This document shows positions 41,601 to 53,500 of a stretch of DNA of 64,000 nt, one piece after another. How positions within the stretch are numbered: the first letter of the stretch is position 1; each line of letters opens with the position of its first letter. A program made the translations under genes and the position numbers. The stretch comes from Antedon mediterranea (Eukaryota; Animalia; Echinodermata), in the NCBI RefSeq assembly GCF_964355755.1, contig NC_092675.1:12643812-12707811 (forward strand), read 5' to 3'. The notes below the pieces were generated by a model. It was not told the origin of the DNA. It did not search any database and was given only the letters and a program-made list of their open reading frames with translations.

Positions 41601-44600
41601 TAAAATCACATTATAATCCGTTTTAGACCATTTTGAGCATTTCGATAACACTTTTCACACAAAAACATCAAAGAGCACAAAATAGCTTAATATCGTATTT
41701 AAAAACGTTTTAGACCATTTTGAGCATTTCGACAAAACTTTTTCACACAAAACACCAAAGTGCTTAGAATAGCTTCAAATCGCATTTGGAGACGTTTTAG
41801 ACCATTTTGTGATTTTCGAAAAAAATTGTTAACATAAAAACATCAAAGTGTACAGAATAGCTTCAAATCGCATTTGGAGACCGTTTTAGGGCAATTTGTG
41901 ATTTTCGAAAAAACTTGTTAACCTAAAAATACCAAAGTGTTTAGAATAGCTTCAAATCGCATTTGGAGACGTTTTAGACCATTTTGTGATTTTCGAAAAA
42001 ACTTGTTAACATAAAAACACCAAAGTGCTTAGAATAGCTTCAAATCGCATTTGGAGACATTTTAGACCAATTTGTGATTTTCGAAAAAACTTGTCAACAT
42101 AAAAACACCAAAGTGTTTAGAATAGCTTCAAATCGCATTTGGAGACGTTTTAGACCAATTTGTGATTTACGAAAAAACTTATCAACATAAAAACACCAAA
42201 GGGTTTAGAATAGCTTCAAATCGCATTTTGAGACGTTTTAGACCATTTTGTGATTTTCGAAAAAACTTGTTAACATAAAAACACGAAAGTGCTTAGAATA
42301 GCTTCAAATCGCATTTGGAAACGTTTTAGACCATTTTGTGATTTTCGAAAAAGATTGTTAACATAAAAACACCAATGTGCTTAGAATCACATTATAAACC
42401 GTTTTAGACCATTTTGAGCATTTCGATAACAATTTTCACACAAAAACATCAAAGAGCACAAAATAGCTTAATATCGTATTTAAAAATGTTTTAGACCATT
42501 TTGAGCATTTAGATTAAACTTTTTCACACAAAACACCAAAGTGCTTAGAATAGCTTCAAATCGAATTTGGAGACGGTTTAGACCATTTTGTGATTTTGAA
42601 AAAACTTGTTAACATAAAAACACCAAAGTGCTTAGAATAGCTTCAAATTGCATTTGGAGACGTTTTAGACCATTTTGTGATTTTCGAAAAAACTTGTTAA
42701 CATAAAAACACCAAAGTGCTTAGAATAGCTTAAAATCGTATTTGGAGACGTTTTAGACCATTTTGAGATTTTCGAAAAAACTTGGTTACACAAAAACATC
42801 AAAGTGCTTAAAATCACATTATAAACCGTTTTAGACCATTTTGAGCATTTCGATAACACTTTTCACACAAAAACATCAAAGAGCACAAAATAGCTTAATA
42901 TCGTATTTAAAAACGTTTTAGACCATTTTGAGCATTTCGACAAAACTTTTTCACACAAAACACCAAAGTGCTTAGAATAGCTTCAAATCGCATTTGGAGA
43001 CGTTTTAGACCAATTTGTGCATTTCGATGAAACTTGATTACACAAAAACATCAAAGTGCTTAAAATCACATTATAAACCGTTTTAGACCATTTTGAGCAT
43101 TTCGATAACACTTTTCACACAAAAACATCAAAGAGCACAAAATAGCTTAATATCGTATTTAAAAACGTTTTAGACCATTTTGAGCATTTAGAAAAAACTT
43201 TTTCACACAAAACACCCAAGTGCTTAGAATAGCTTCAAATCGCATTTGAAGACGTTTTAGACCATTTTGTGATTTTCGAAAAAACTTGTTAACATAAAAA
43301 CACGAAAGTGCTTAGAATAGCTTCAAATCGCATTTGGAAACGTTTTAGACCATTTTGTGATTTTCGAAAAAACTTGTTAACATAAAAACACGAAAGTGCT
43401 TAGAATAGCTTCAAATCGCATTTGGAAACGTTTTAGACCATTTTGTGATTTTCGAAAAAACTTGTTAACATAAAAACATGAAAGTGCTTAGAATAGCTTC
43501 AAATCGTATTTGGAGACGTTTTAGACCATTTTGTAATTTTCGAAAAAACTTGTTAACATAAAAACACCAATGTGCTTAGAATAGCTTCAAATCGCATTTT
43601 GAGACGTTTTTTATACCATTTTGTGATGTCGATGAAAATTGATTACACAAAAACATCAAAGTGCTTAAAATCACATTATAAACCGTTTTAGACCATTTTG
43701 AGCATTTCGATAACACTTTTCACACAAAAACATCAAAGAGCACAAAATAGCTTAATATCGTATTTAAAAACGTTTTAGACCATTTTGAGCATTTAGACAA
43801 AACTTTTTCACACAAAACACCAAAGTGCTTAGAATAGCTTCAAATCGCATTTGGAGACGTTTTAGAACATTTTGTGTTTTTCGAAAAAAACTGTTAACAT
43901 AAAAACACCAAAGTGCTTAGAATAGCTTCAAATCGCATTTGGAGACGTTTTAGAACATTTTGTGTTCTTCGAAAAAACCTGTTAACATAAAAACACCAAA
44001 GTGCTTAGAATAGCTTCAAATCGCATTTGGAGACGTTTTAGACCATTTTGTGATTTTTGAAAAAACTTGTTAACATAAAAACACCAAAGTGCTTAGAATA
44101 GCTTCAAATCACATTTGGAGACGTTTTAGACCATTTTGTGATTTTCGAAAAAACTTGTTAACATAAAAACACGAAAGTGGTTAGAATAGCTTCAAATCGC
44201 ATTTGGAAACGTTTTAGACCATTTTGTGATTTTCGAAAAAGATTGTTAACATAAAAACACCAAAGTGCTTAGAATCACAATATAAACCGTTTTAGACCAT
44301 TTTGAGCATTTCGATAACAATTTTCACACAAAAACATCAAAGAGCACAAAATAGCTTAATATCGTATTTAAAAATGTTTTAGACCATTTTGAGCATTTAG
44401 ATAAAACTTTTTCACACAAAACACCAAAGTGCTTAGAATAGCTTCAAATCGCATTTGGAGACGGTTTAGACCATTTTGTGATTTTGAAAAAACTTGTTAA
44501 CATAAAAACACCAAAGTGCTTAGAATAGCTTCAAATCGCATTTGGAGACGTTTTAGACCATTTTGTGATTTTCGAAAAAACTTGTTAACATAAAAACACC

Positions 44601-46235
44601 AAAGTGCTTAGAATAGCTTCAAATCGTATTTGGAGACGTTTTAGACCATTTTGAGATTTTCGAAAAAACTTGGTTACACAAAAACATCAAAGTGCTTAAA
44701 ATCACATTATAAACCGTTTTAGACCATTTTGAACATTTCGATAACACTTTTCACACAAAAACATCAAAGAGCACAAAATAGCTTAATATCGTATTTAAAA
44801 ACGTTTTAGACCATTTTGAGCATTTCGACAAAACTTTTTCACACAAAACACCAAAGTGCTTAGAATAGCTTCAAATCGCATTTGGAGACGTTTTAGACCA
44901 ATTTGTGCATTTCGATGAAACTTGATTACACAAAAACATCAACGTGCTTAAAATCACATTATAAACCGTTTTAGACCATTTTGAGCATTTCGATAACACT
45001 TTTCACACAAAAACATCAAAGAGCACAAAATAGCTTAATATCGTATTTAAAAACGTTTTAGACCATTTTGAGCATTTAGACAAAACTTTTTCACACAAAA
45101 CACCAAAGTGCTTAGAATAGCTTCAAATCGCATTTGGAGACGTTTTAGACCATTTTGTGCATTTCGATGAAACTTGGTTACACAAAAACATCAAAGTGCT
45201 TAAAATGACATTATAAATCGTTTTAGACCATTTTGAGCATTTCGACAAAACTTTTTCACACAAAATACCAAAGGGCTTAGAATAGCTTCAAATCGCATTT
45301 GGAGACGTTTTAGACCATTTTGTGATTTTCGAAAAAACTTTTTAACATAAAAACACCAAAGTGCTTAGAATAGCTTCAAATCACATTTGGAGACGTTTTA
45401 GACCATTTTGTGATTTTCGAAAAAACTTGTTAACATAAAAACACGAAAGTGCTTAGAATAGCTTCAAATCGCATTTGGAAACGTTTTAGACCATTTTGTG
45501 ATTTTCGAAAAAACTTGTTAACATAAAAACACGAAAGTGCTTAGAATAGCTTCAAATCGCATTTGGAAACGTTTTAGACCATTTTGTGATTTTCGAAAAA
45601 AATTGTTAACATAAAAACACCAAAGTGCTTAGAATCACATTATAAACCGTTTTAGACCATTTTGAGCATTTCGATAACAATTTTCACACAAAAACATCAA
45701 AGAGCACAAAATAGCTTAATATCGTATTTAAAAATGTTTTAGACCATTTTGAGCATTTAGATAAAACTTTTTCACACAAAACACCAAAGTGCTTAGAATA
45801 GCTTCAAATCGCATTTGGAGACGTTTTAGACCATTTTGTGATTTTTGAAAAAACTTGTTAACATAAAAACACCAAAGTGCTTAGAATAGCTTCAAATCAC
45901 ATTTGGAGACGTTTTAGACCATTTTGTGATTTTCGAAAAAACTTGTTAACATAAAAACACGAAAGTGCTTAGAATAGCTTCAAATCGCATTTGGAAACGT
46001 TTTAGACCATTTTGTGATTTTCGAAAAAACTTGTTAACATAAAAACACGAAAGTGCTTAGAATAGCTTCAAATCGCATTTGGAAACGTTTTAGACCATTT
46101 TGTGATTTTCGAAAAAACTTGTTAACATAAAAACACGAAAGTGCTTAGAATCACATTATAAACCGTTTTAGACCATTTTGAGCATTTCGATAACAATTTT
46201 CACACAAAAACATCAAAGAGCACAAAATAACTTAA

Positions 46236-46782
46236 AGATGTATTGTCCCTTTGACTAATTCCAAAAAAATAAAAAATAAAAGATTTCGAAAAAAGGTGGG
46301 TCATTTTGAAGTATCATAATAGTTATTAACTATCACCAAAAATTTTTTGAAAAAAAAAAAATTTAACTGAAATACAGACGTGTTTTTGTTAAAAAAATAA
46401 CTTTGACTTCCAGTCAAAGTTTTCAGTCAAAACATATCCCATAAGGAAACACGCTTGTTTGGCTACTCTGTATGCATAATCATAAAACTTCCTCATGATC
46501 TGTGTGAAATAACCTTCTTAACCGTGACGAGTTGTAAACAATCCTAATTTAGCATATGCATAATGCGTACTCATGGTTTGAAATCTTTGTTTACTTTAGC
46601 TCGTGACGATTTTCCAAATGAAATGTAATCAAACTAATTTACCTGTTAATTACGTAAACTTGTTGTTTTTGGCTAAAATTTTCGACTTAAAGTGAATAAC
46701 TTTAACATTACTTTGATATGGCCACTTTAAATTTAGAATATTTTGACCTTCATTTTTTTGTGTTTCAAGGGACAATACATCT
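46236..46782. mobile_element. Non-autonomous TTAA DNA transposon/MITE, Kolobok-like (547 bp; element E3, copy 1)
   Basis: The TTAA TSD lies at 46232-46235 and 46783-46786. The TIR is a perfect 16 bp, AGATGTATTGTCCCTT ... AAGGGACAATACATCT, with AG...CT (RR...YY) termini. No ORF. Confidence 0.92.
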
Positions 46783-49528
46783 TTAATATCGTATTTATAA
46801 ATGTTTTAGACCATTTTGAGCATTTCGACAAAACTTTTTCACACAAAACACCAAAGTTCTTAGAATAGCTTCAAATCGCATTTGGAGACGTTTTAGACCA
46901 TTTTGTGATTTCGATGAAACTTGATTACACAAAAACATCAAAGTGCTTAAAATCACATTATAAACCGTTTTAGACCATTTTGAGCATTTCGATAACACTT
47001 TTCACACAAAAACATCAAAGAGCAAAAAATAGCTTAATATCGTATTTAAAAACGTTTTAGACCATTTTGAGCATTTAGACAAAACTTTTTCACACAAACA
47101 CCAAAGTGCTTAGAATAGCTTCAAATCGCATTTGGAGACGTTTTAGAACATTTTGTGTTTTTCGAAAAAAACTGTTAACATAAAAACACCAAAGTGCTTA
47201 GAATAGCTTCAAATCGCATTTGGAGACGTTTTAGAACATTTTGTGTTCTTCGAAAAAACCTGTTAACATAAAAACACCAAAGTGCTTAGAATAGCTTCAA
47301 ATCGCATTTGGAGACGTTTTAGACCATTTTGTGATTTTTGAAAAAACTTGTTAACATAAAAACACCAAAGTGCTTAGAATAGCTTCAAATCACATTTGGA
47401 GACGTTTTAGACCATTTTGTGATTTTCGAAAAAACTTGTTAACATAAAAACACCAAAGTGCTTAGAATAGCGTCAAATCGTATTTGGAGACGTTTTAGAC
47501 CATTTTGTGATTTTCGAAAAAACTTGTTAACATAAAAACACCAAAGTGCTTAGAATAGCTTCAAATCGCATTTGGAGACGGTTTAGACCATTTTATGATT
47601 TTGAAAAAACTTGTTAACATAAAAACACCAAAGTGCTTATAATAGCTTCAAATCGCATTTGGAGACGTTTTAGACCATTTTGTGATTTTCGAAAAAACTT
47701 GTTAACATAAAAAAACCAAAGTGCTTAGAATAGCTTCAAATCGTATTTGGAGACGTTTTAGACCATTTTGAGATTTTCGAAAAAACTTGGTTACACAAAA
47801 ACATCAAAGTGCTTAAAATCACATTATAAACCGTTTTAGACCATTTTGAGCATTTCGATAACACTTTTCACACAAAAACATCAAAGAGCACAAAATAGCT
47901 TAATATCGTATTTAAAAACGTTTTAGACCATTTTGAGCATTTCGACAAAAACGTTTTCACACAAAACACCAAAGTGCTTAGAATAGCTTCAAATCGCATT
48001 TGGAGACGTTTTAGACCAATTTGTGCATTTCGATGAAACTTGATTACACAAAAACATCAAAGTGCTTAAAATCACATTATAAACCGTTTTAGACCATTTT
48101 GAGCATTTCGATAACACTTTTCACACAAAAACATCAAAGAGCACAAAATAGCTTAATATCGTATTTAAAAACGTTTTAGACCATTTTGAGCATTTCGACA
48201 AAACTTTTTCACACAAAACACCAAAGTGCTTAGAATAGCTTCAAATCGCATTTGGAGACGTTTTAGACCAATTTTGTGCATTTCGATGAAACTTGATTAC
48301 ACAAAAACATCAAAGTGCTTAAAATCACATTATAAACCGTTTTAGACCTTTTTGAGCATTTCGATAACACTTTTCACACAAAAACATCAAAGAGCACAAA
48401 ATAGCTTAATATCGTATTTAAAAACGTTTTAGACCATTTTGAGCATTTAGACAAAACTTTTTCACACAAAACACCAAAGTGCTTAGAATAGCTTCAAATC
48501 GCATTTGGAGACGTTTTAGACCATTTTGTGATTTTTGAAAAAACTTGTTAACATAAAAACACCAAAGTGCTTAGAATAGCTTCAAATCACATTTGGAGAC
48601 GTTTTAGACCATTTTGTGATTTTCGAAAAAACTTGTTAACATAAAAACACGAAAGTGCTTAGAATAGCTTCAAATCGCATTTGGAAACGTTTTAGACCAT
48701 TTTGTGATTTTCGAAAAAACTTGTTAACATAAAAACACGAAAGTGCTTAGAATCACATTATAAACCGTTTTAGACCATTTTGAGCATTTCGATAACAATT
48801 TTCACACAAAAACATCAAAGAGCACAAAATAGCTTAATATCGTATTTAAAAATGTTTTAGACCATTTTGAGCATTTAGATAAAACTTTTTCACACAAAAC
48901 ACCAAAGTGCTTAGAATAGCTTCAAATCGCATTTGGAGACGTTTTAGACCATTTTGTGATTTTCGAAAAAACTTGTTAACATAAAAACACGAAAGTGCTT
49001 AGAATAGCTTCAAATCGCATTTGGAAACGTTTTAGACCATTTTGTGATTTTCGAAAAAAATTGTTAACATAAAAACACCAAAGTGTTTAGAATAGCTTCA
49101 AATCGCATTTGGAGACGTTTTAGACCAATTTGTGATTTTCGAAAAAACTTATCAACATAAAAACACCAAAGGGTTTAGAATAGCTTCAAATCGCATTTGG
49201 AGACGTTTTAGACCATTTTGTGATTTTGAAAAAACTTGTTAACATAAAAACACCAAAGTGCTTAGAATAGCTTCAAATCGCATTTGGAGACGTTTTAGAC
49301 CATTTTGTGATTTTCGAAAAAACTTGTTAACATAAAAACACCAAAGTGCTTAGAATAGCTTCAAATCGTATTTGGAGACGTTTTAGACCATTTTGAGATT
49401 TTCGAAAAAACTTGGTTACACAAAAACATCAAAGTGCTTAAAATCACATTATAAACCGTTTTAGACCATTTTGAGCATTTCGGTAACACTTTTCACACAA
49501 AAACATCAAAGAGCACAAAATAGCTTAA

Positions 49529-50582
49529 CACTTTGACTGCCAGAGGTTTTTCCAGTTAGAAACTGCCACCGCCAGCGTTTTTAGCCCAATTCGATGTTTT
49601 TATTAAAGCTGATTGAAACCATGTATGTGATTTGATTTATATATAATTTAGACTAAAATAATCATAAAGATTTTAGCTTTACAATGGTACCAAGAACGAT
49701 TTTTAAATCGCAATATGTAAATTGTAATAGTAAAATGAAAGTAACCCACTTTTTGAATTTTTCGTAGTTTCGCGCAAGAAAGTCGAGATATTCGCGATTT
49801 TGTGCAAGACATCACAATATGAAAATATCGCCCGGTGAGATCAACAAACAACGAAAAAGTTACTTACACGGCACCGATAGGCCTATAAAAACAAGTTATC
49901 ACTATCGAAAAATGTATTACATTTTATAAATCATAAATCTTACATCAATGTTTCGCCAAAATCCACATAGTAAAGACACCAGGCCTAATTAACCAGGCCT
50001 AAAGTTGGTCCGGAACCGTTTTACGACTAGGGCTAGGCTAGCCTAGTACTACTAGCCTAGGCCTAGCTAGGAGATAGTAAACTGATGATAATAACCATAC
50101 CATTTCCAAACAAGTTTGTTGCGTGAAACTCGGTCACTTTCAGTAAAACACCAAAACAATTAGGGTATACATACAATAATAAAATTAAAGACTTCATATT
50201 GAAAATGACTCCATTACTTTTTATTCAGATAACAAACAAACATGTCAATCCACAAAAACCTTTGTAATGCTTCGGCGGCATAGCTAGCGCGCGACCGATA
50301 CACAATGCGCCAAGCCATCGGTCTACGCGCTACTGTGATGCGCGGTGTTTGTTATTTCGACAGGTACCATTTTGACAGTCGTTCGTAACCAGATTAGTTA
50401 CTTTCAAATTGTAAAATATTGACGGTCCAGACCGAATATAGTGTTCATATTTATAGTATATACCAATAATTAACCTATCTACCGGATTTCGTAAAAAAAC
50501 GCGAAAAACGAAGATCTTCGTTTTTGGCAGTCAAGCGTTGTGTTTCCAAAAATGAAGATCTTCGTGTTTGGCAGTCAAAGTG
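49529..50582. mobile_element. Non-autonomous piggyBac-like TTAA transposon (1054 bp; element E4, copy 1)
   Basis: The TTAA TSD lies at 49525-49528 and 50583-50586. The TIR is a perfect 14 bp, CACTTTGACTGCCA ... TGGCAGTCAAAGTG. C...G termini and asymmetric subterminal repeats are as in piggyBac elements. No transposase ORF. Confidence 0.88.
50504..50582. repeat. Subterminal direct repeat (44-bp period) of a palindrome plus TIR core at the right end of E4
   Basis: A perfect 22-bp palindrome AAAAACGAAGATCTTCGTTTTT (50504-50525) is followed by GGCAGTCAA. It is repeated as AAAAATGAAGATCTTCGTGTTT-GGCAGTCAA from 50548. Confidence 0.92.
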
Positions 50583-53500
50583 TTAATATCGTATTTAAAA
50601 ACGTTTTAGACCATTTTGAGCATTTAGACAAAACTTTTTCACACAAAACACCAAAGTGCTTAGAATAGCTTCAAATCGCATTTGGAGACGTTTTAGACCA
50701 TTTTGTGCATTTCGATGAAACTTGGTTACACAAAAACATCAAAGTGCTTAAAATCACATTATAAATCGTTTTAGACCATTTTGAGCATTTCGACAAAACT
50801 TTTTCACACAAAATACCAAAGTGCTTAGAATAGCTTCAAATCGCATTTGGAGACGTTTTAGACCATTTTGTGATTTTCGAAAAAACTTTTTAACATAAAA
50901 ACACCAAAGTGCTTAGAATAGCTTCAAATCACATTTGGAGACGTTTTAGACCATAAGTGCTTAGAATCACATTATAAACCGTTTTAGACCATTTTGAGCA
51001 TTTCGATAACAATTTTCACACAAAAACATCAAAGAGCACAAAATAGCTTAATATCGTATTTAAAAATGTTTTAGACCATTTTGAGCATTTAGATAAAACT
51101 TTTTCACACAAAACACCAAAGTGCTTAGAATAGCTTCAAATCGCATTTGGAGACGTTTTAGACCATTTTGTGATTTTTGAAAAAACTTGTTAACATAAAA
51201 ACACCAAAGTGCTTAGAATAGCTTCAAATCACATTTGGAGACGTTTTAGACCATTTTGTGATTTTTGAAAAAACTTGTTAACATAAAAACACCAAAGTGC
51301 TTAGAATAGCTTCAAATCGCATTTGGAGACGTTTTAGACCATTTTGTGATTTTCGAAAAAAATTGTTAACATAAAAACATCAAAGTGTACAGAATAGCTT
51401 CAAATCGCATTTGGAGACCGTTTTAGGGCAATTTGTGATTTTCGAAAAAACTTGTTAACCTAAAAATACCAAAGTGTTTAGAATAGCTTCAAATCGCATT
51501 TGGAGACGTTTTAGACCATTTTGTGATTTTCGAAAAAACTTGTTAACATAAAAACACCAAAGTGCTTAGAATAGCTTCAAATCGCATTTGGAGACATTTT
51601 AGACCAATTTGTGATTTTCGAAAAAACTTGTCAACATAAAAACACCAAAGTGTTTAGAATAGCTTCAAATCGCATTTGGAGACGTTTTAGACCAATTTGT
51701 GATTTACGAAAAAACTTATCAACATAAAAACACCAAAGGGTTTAGAATAGCTTCAAATCGCATTTTGAGACGTTTTAGACCATTTTGTGATTTTCGAAAA
51801 AACTTGTTAACATAAAAACACGAAAGTGCTTAGAATAGCTTCAAATCGCATTTGGAAACGTTTTAGACCATTTTGTGATTTTCGAAAAAGATTGTTAACA
51901 TAAAAACACCAATGTGCTTAGAATCACATTATAAACCGTTTTAGACCATTTTGAGCATTTCGATAACAATTTTCACACAAAAACATCAAAGAGCACAAAA
52001 TAGCTTAATATCGTATTTAAAAATGTTTTAGACCATTTTGAGCATTTAGATTAAACTTTTTCACACAAAACACCAAAGTGCTTAGAATAGCTTCAAATCG
52101 AATTTGGAGACGGTTTAGACCATTTTGTGATTTTGAAAAAACTTGTTAACATAAAAACACCAAAGTGCTTAGAATAGCTTCAAATTGCATTTGGAGACGT
52201 TTTAGACCATTTTGTGATTTTCGAAAAAACTTGTTAACATAAAAACACCAAAGTGCTTAGAATAGCTTAAAATCGTATTTGGAGACGTTTTAGACCATTT
52301 TGAGATTTTCGAAAAAACTTGGTTACACAAAAACATCAAAGTGCTTAAAATCACATTATAAACCGTTTTAGACCATTTTGAGCATTTCGATAACACTTTT
52401 CACACAAAAACATCAAAGAGCACAAAATAGCTTAATATCGTATTTAAAAACGTTTTAGACCATTTTGAGCATTTCGACAAAACTTTTTCACACAAAACAC
52501 CAAAGTGCTTAGAATAGCTTCAAATCGCATTTGGAGACGTTTTAGACCAATTTGTGCATTTCGATGAAACTTGATTACACAAAAACATCAAAGTGCTTAA
52601 AATCACATTATAAACCGTTTTAGACCATTTTGAGCATTTCGATAACACTTTTCACACAAAAACATCAAAGAGCACAAAATAGCTTAATATCGTATTTAAA
52701 AACGTTTTAGACCATTTTGAGCATTTAGAAAAAACTTTTTCACACAAAACACCCAAGTGCTTAGAATAGCTTCAAATCGCATTTGAAGACGTTTTAGACC
52801 ATTTTGTGATTTTCGAAAAAACTTGTTAACATAAAAACACGAAAGTGCTTAGAATAGCTTCAAATCGCATTTGGAAACGTTTTAGACCATTTTGTGATTT
52901 TCGAAAAAACTTGTTAACATAAAAACACGAAAGTGCTTAGAATAGCTTCAAATCGCATTTGGAAACGTTTTAGACCATTTTGTGATTTTCGAAAAAACTT
53001 GTTAACATAAAAACATGAAAGTGCTTAGAATAGCTTCAAATCGTATTTGGAGACGTTTTAGACCATTTTGTAATTTTCGAAAAAACTTGTTAACATAAAA
53101 ACACCAATGTGCTTAGAATAGCTTCAAATCGCATTTTGAGACGTTTTTTATACCATTTTGTGATTTCGATGAAAATTGATTACACAAAAACATCAAAGTG
53201 CTTAAAATCACATTATAAACCGTTTTAGACCATTTTGAGCATTTCGATAACACTTTTCACACAAAAACATCAAAGAGCACAAAATAGCTTAATATCGTAT
53301 TTAAAAACGTTTTAGACCATTTTGAGCATTTAGACAAAACTTTTTCACACAAAACACCAAAGTGCTTAGAATAGCTTCAAATCGCATTTGGAGACGTTTT
53401 AGAACATTTTGTGTTTTTCGAAAAAAACTGTTAACATAAAAACACCAAAGTGCTTAGAATAGCTTCAAATCGCATTTGGAGACGTTTTAGAACATTTTGT

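Noticed and set aside
49648-49851. 67-aa ORF in E4 (and its copy at 59185-59388)
   Set aside because: It is short with no recognisable piggyBac transposase motif. The identity of the two copies reflects the duplication, not conservation.
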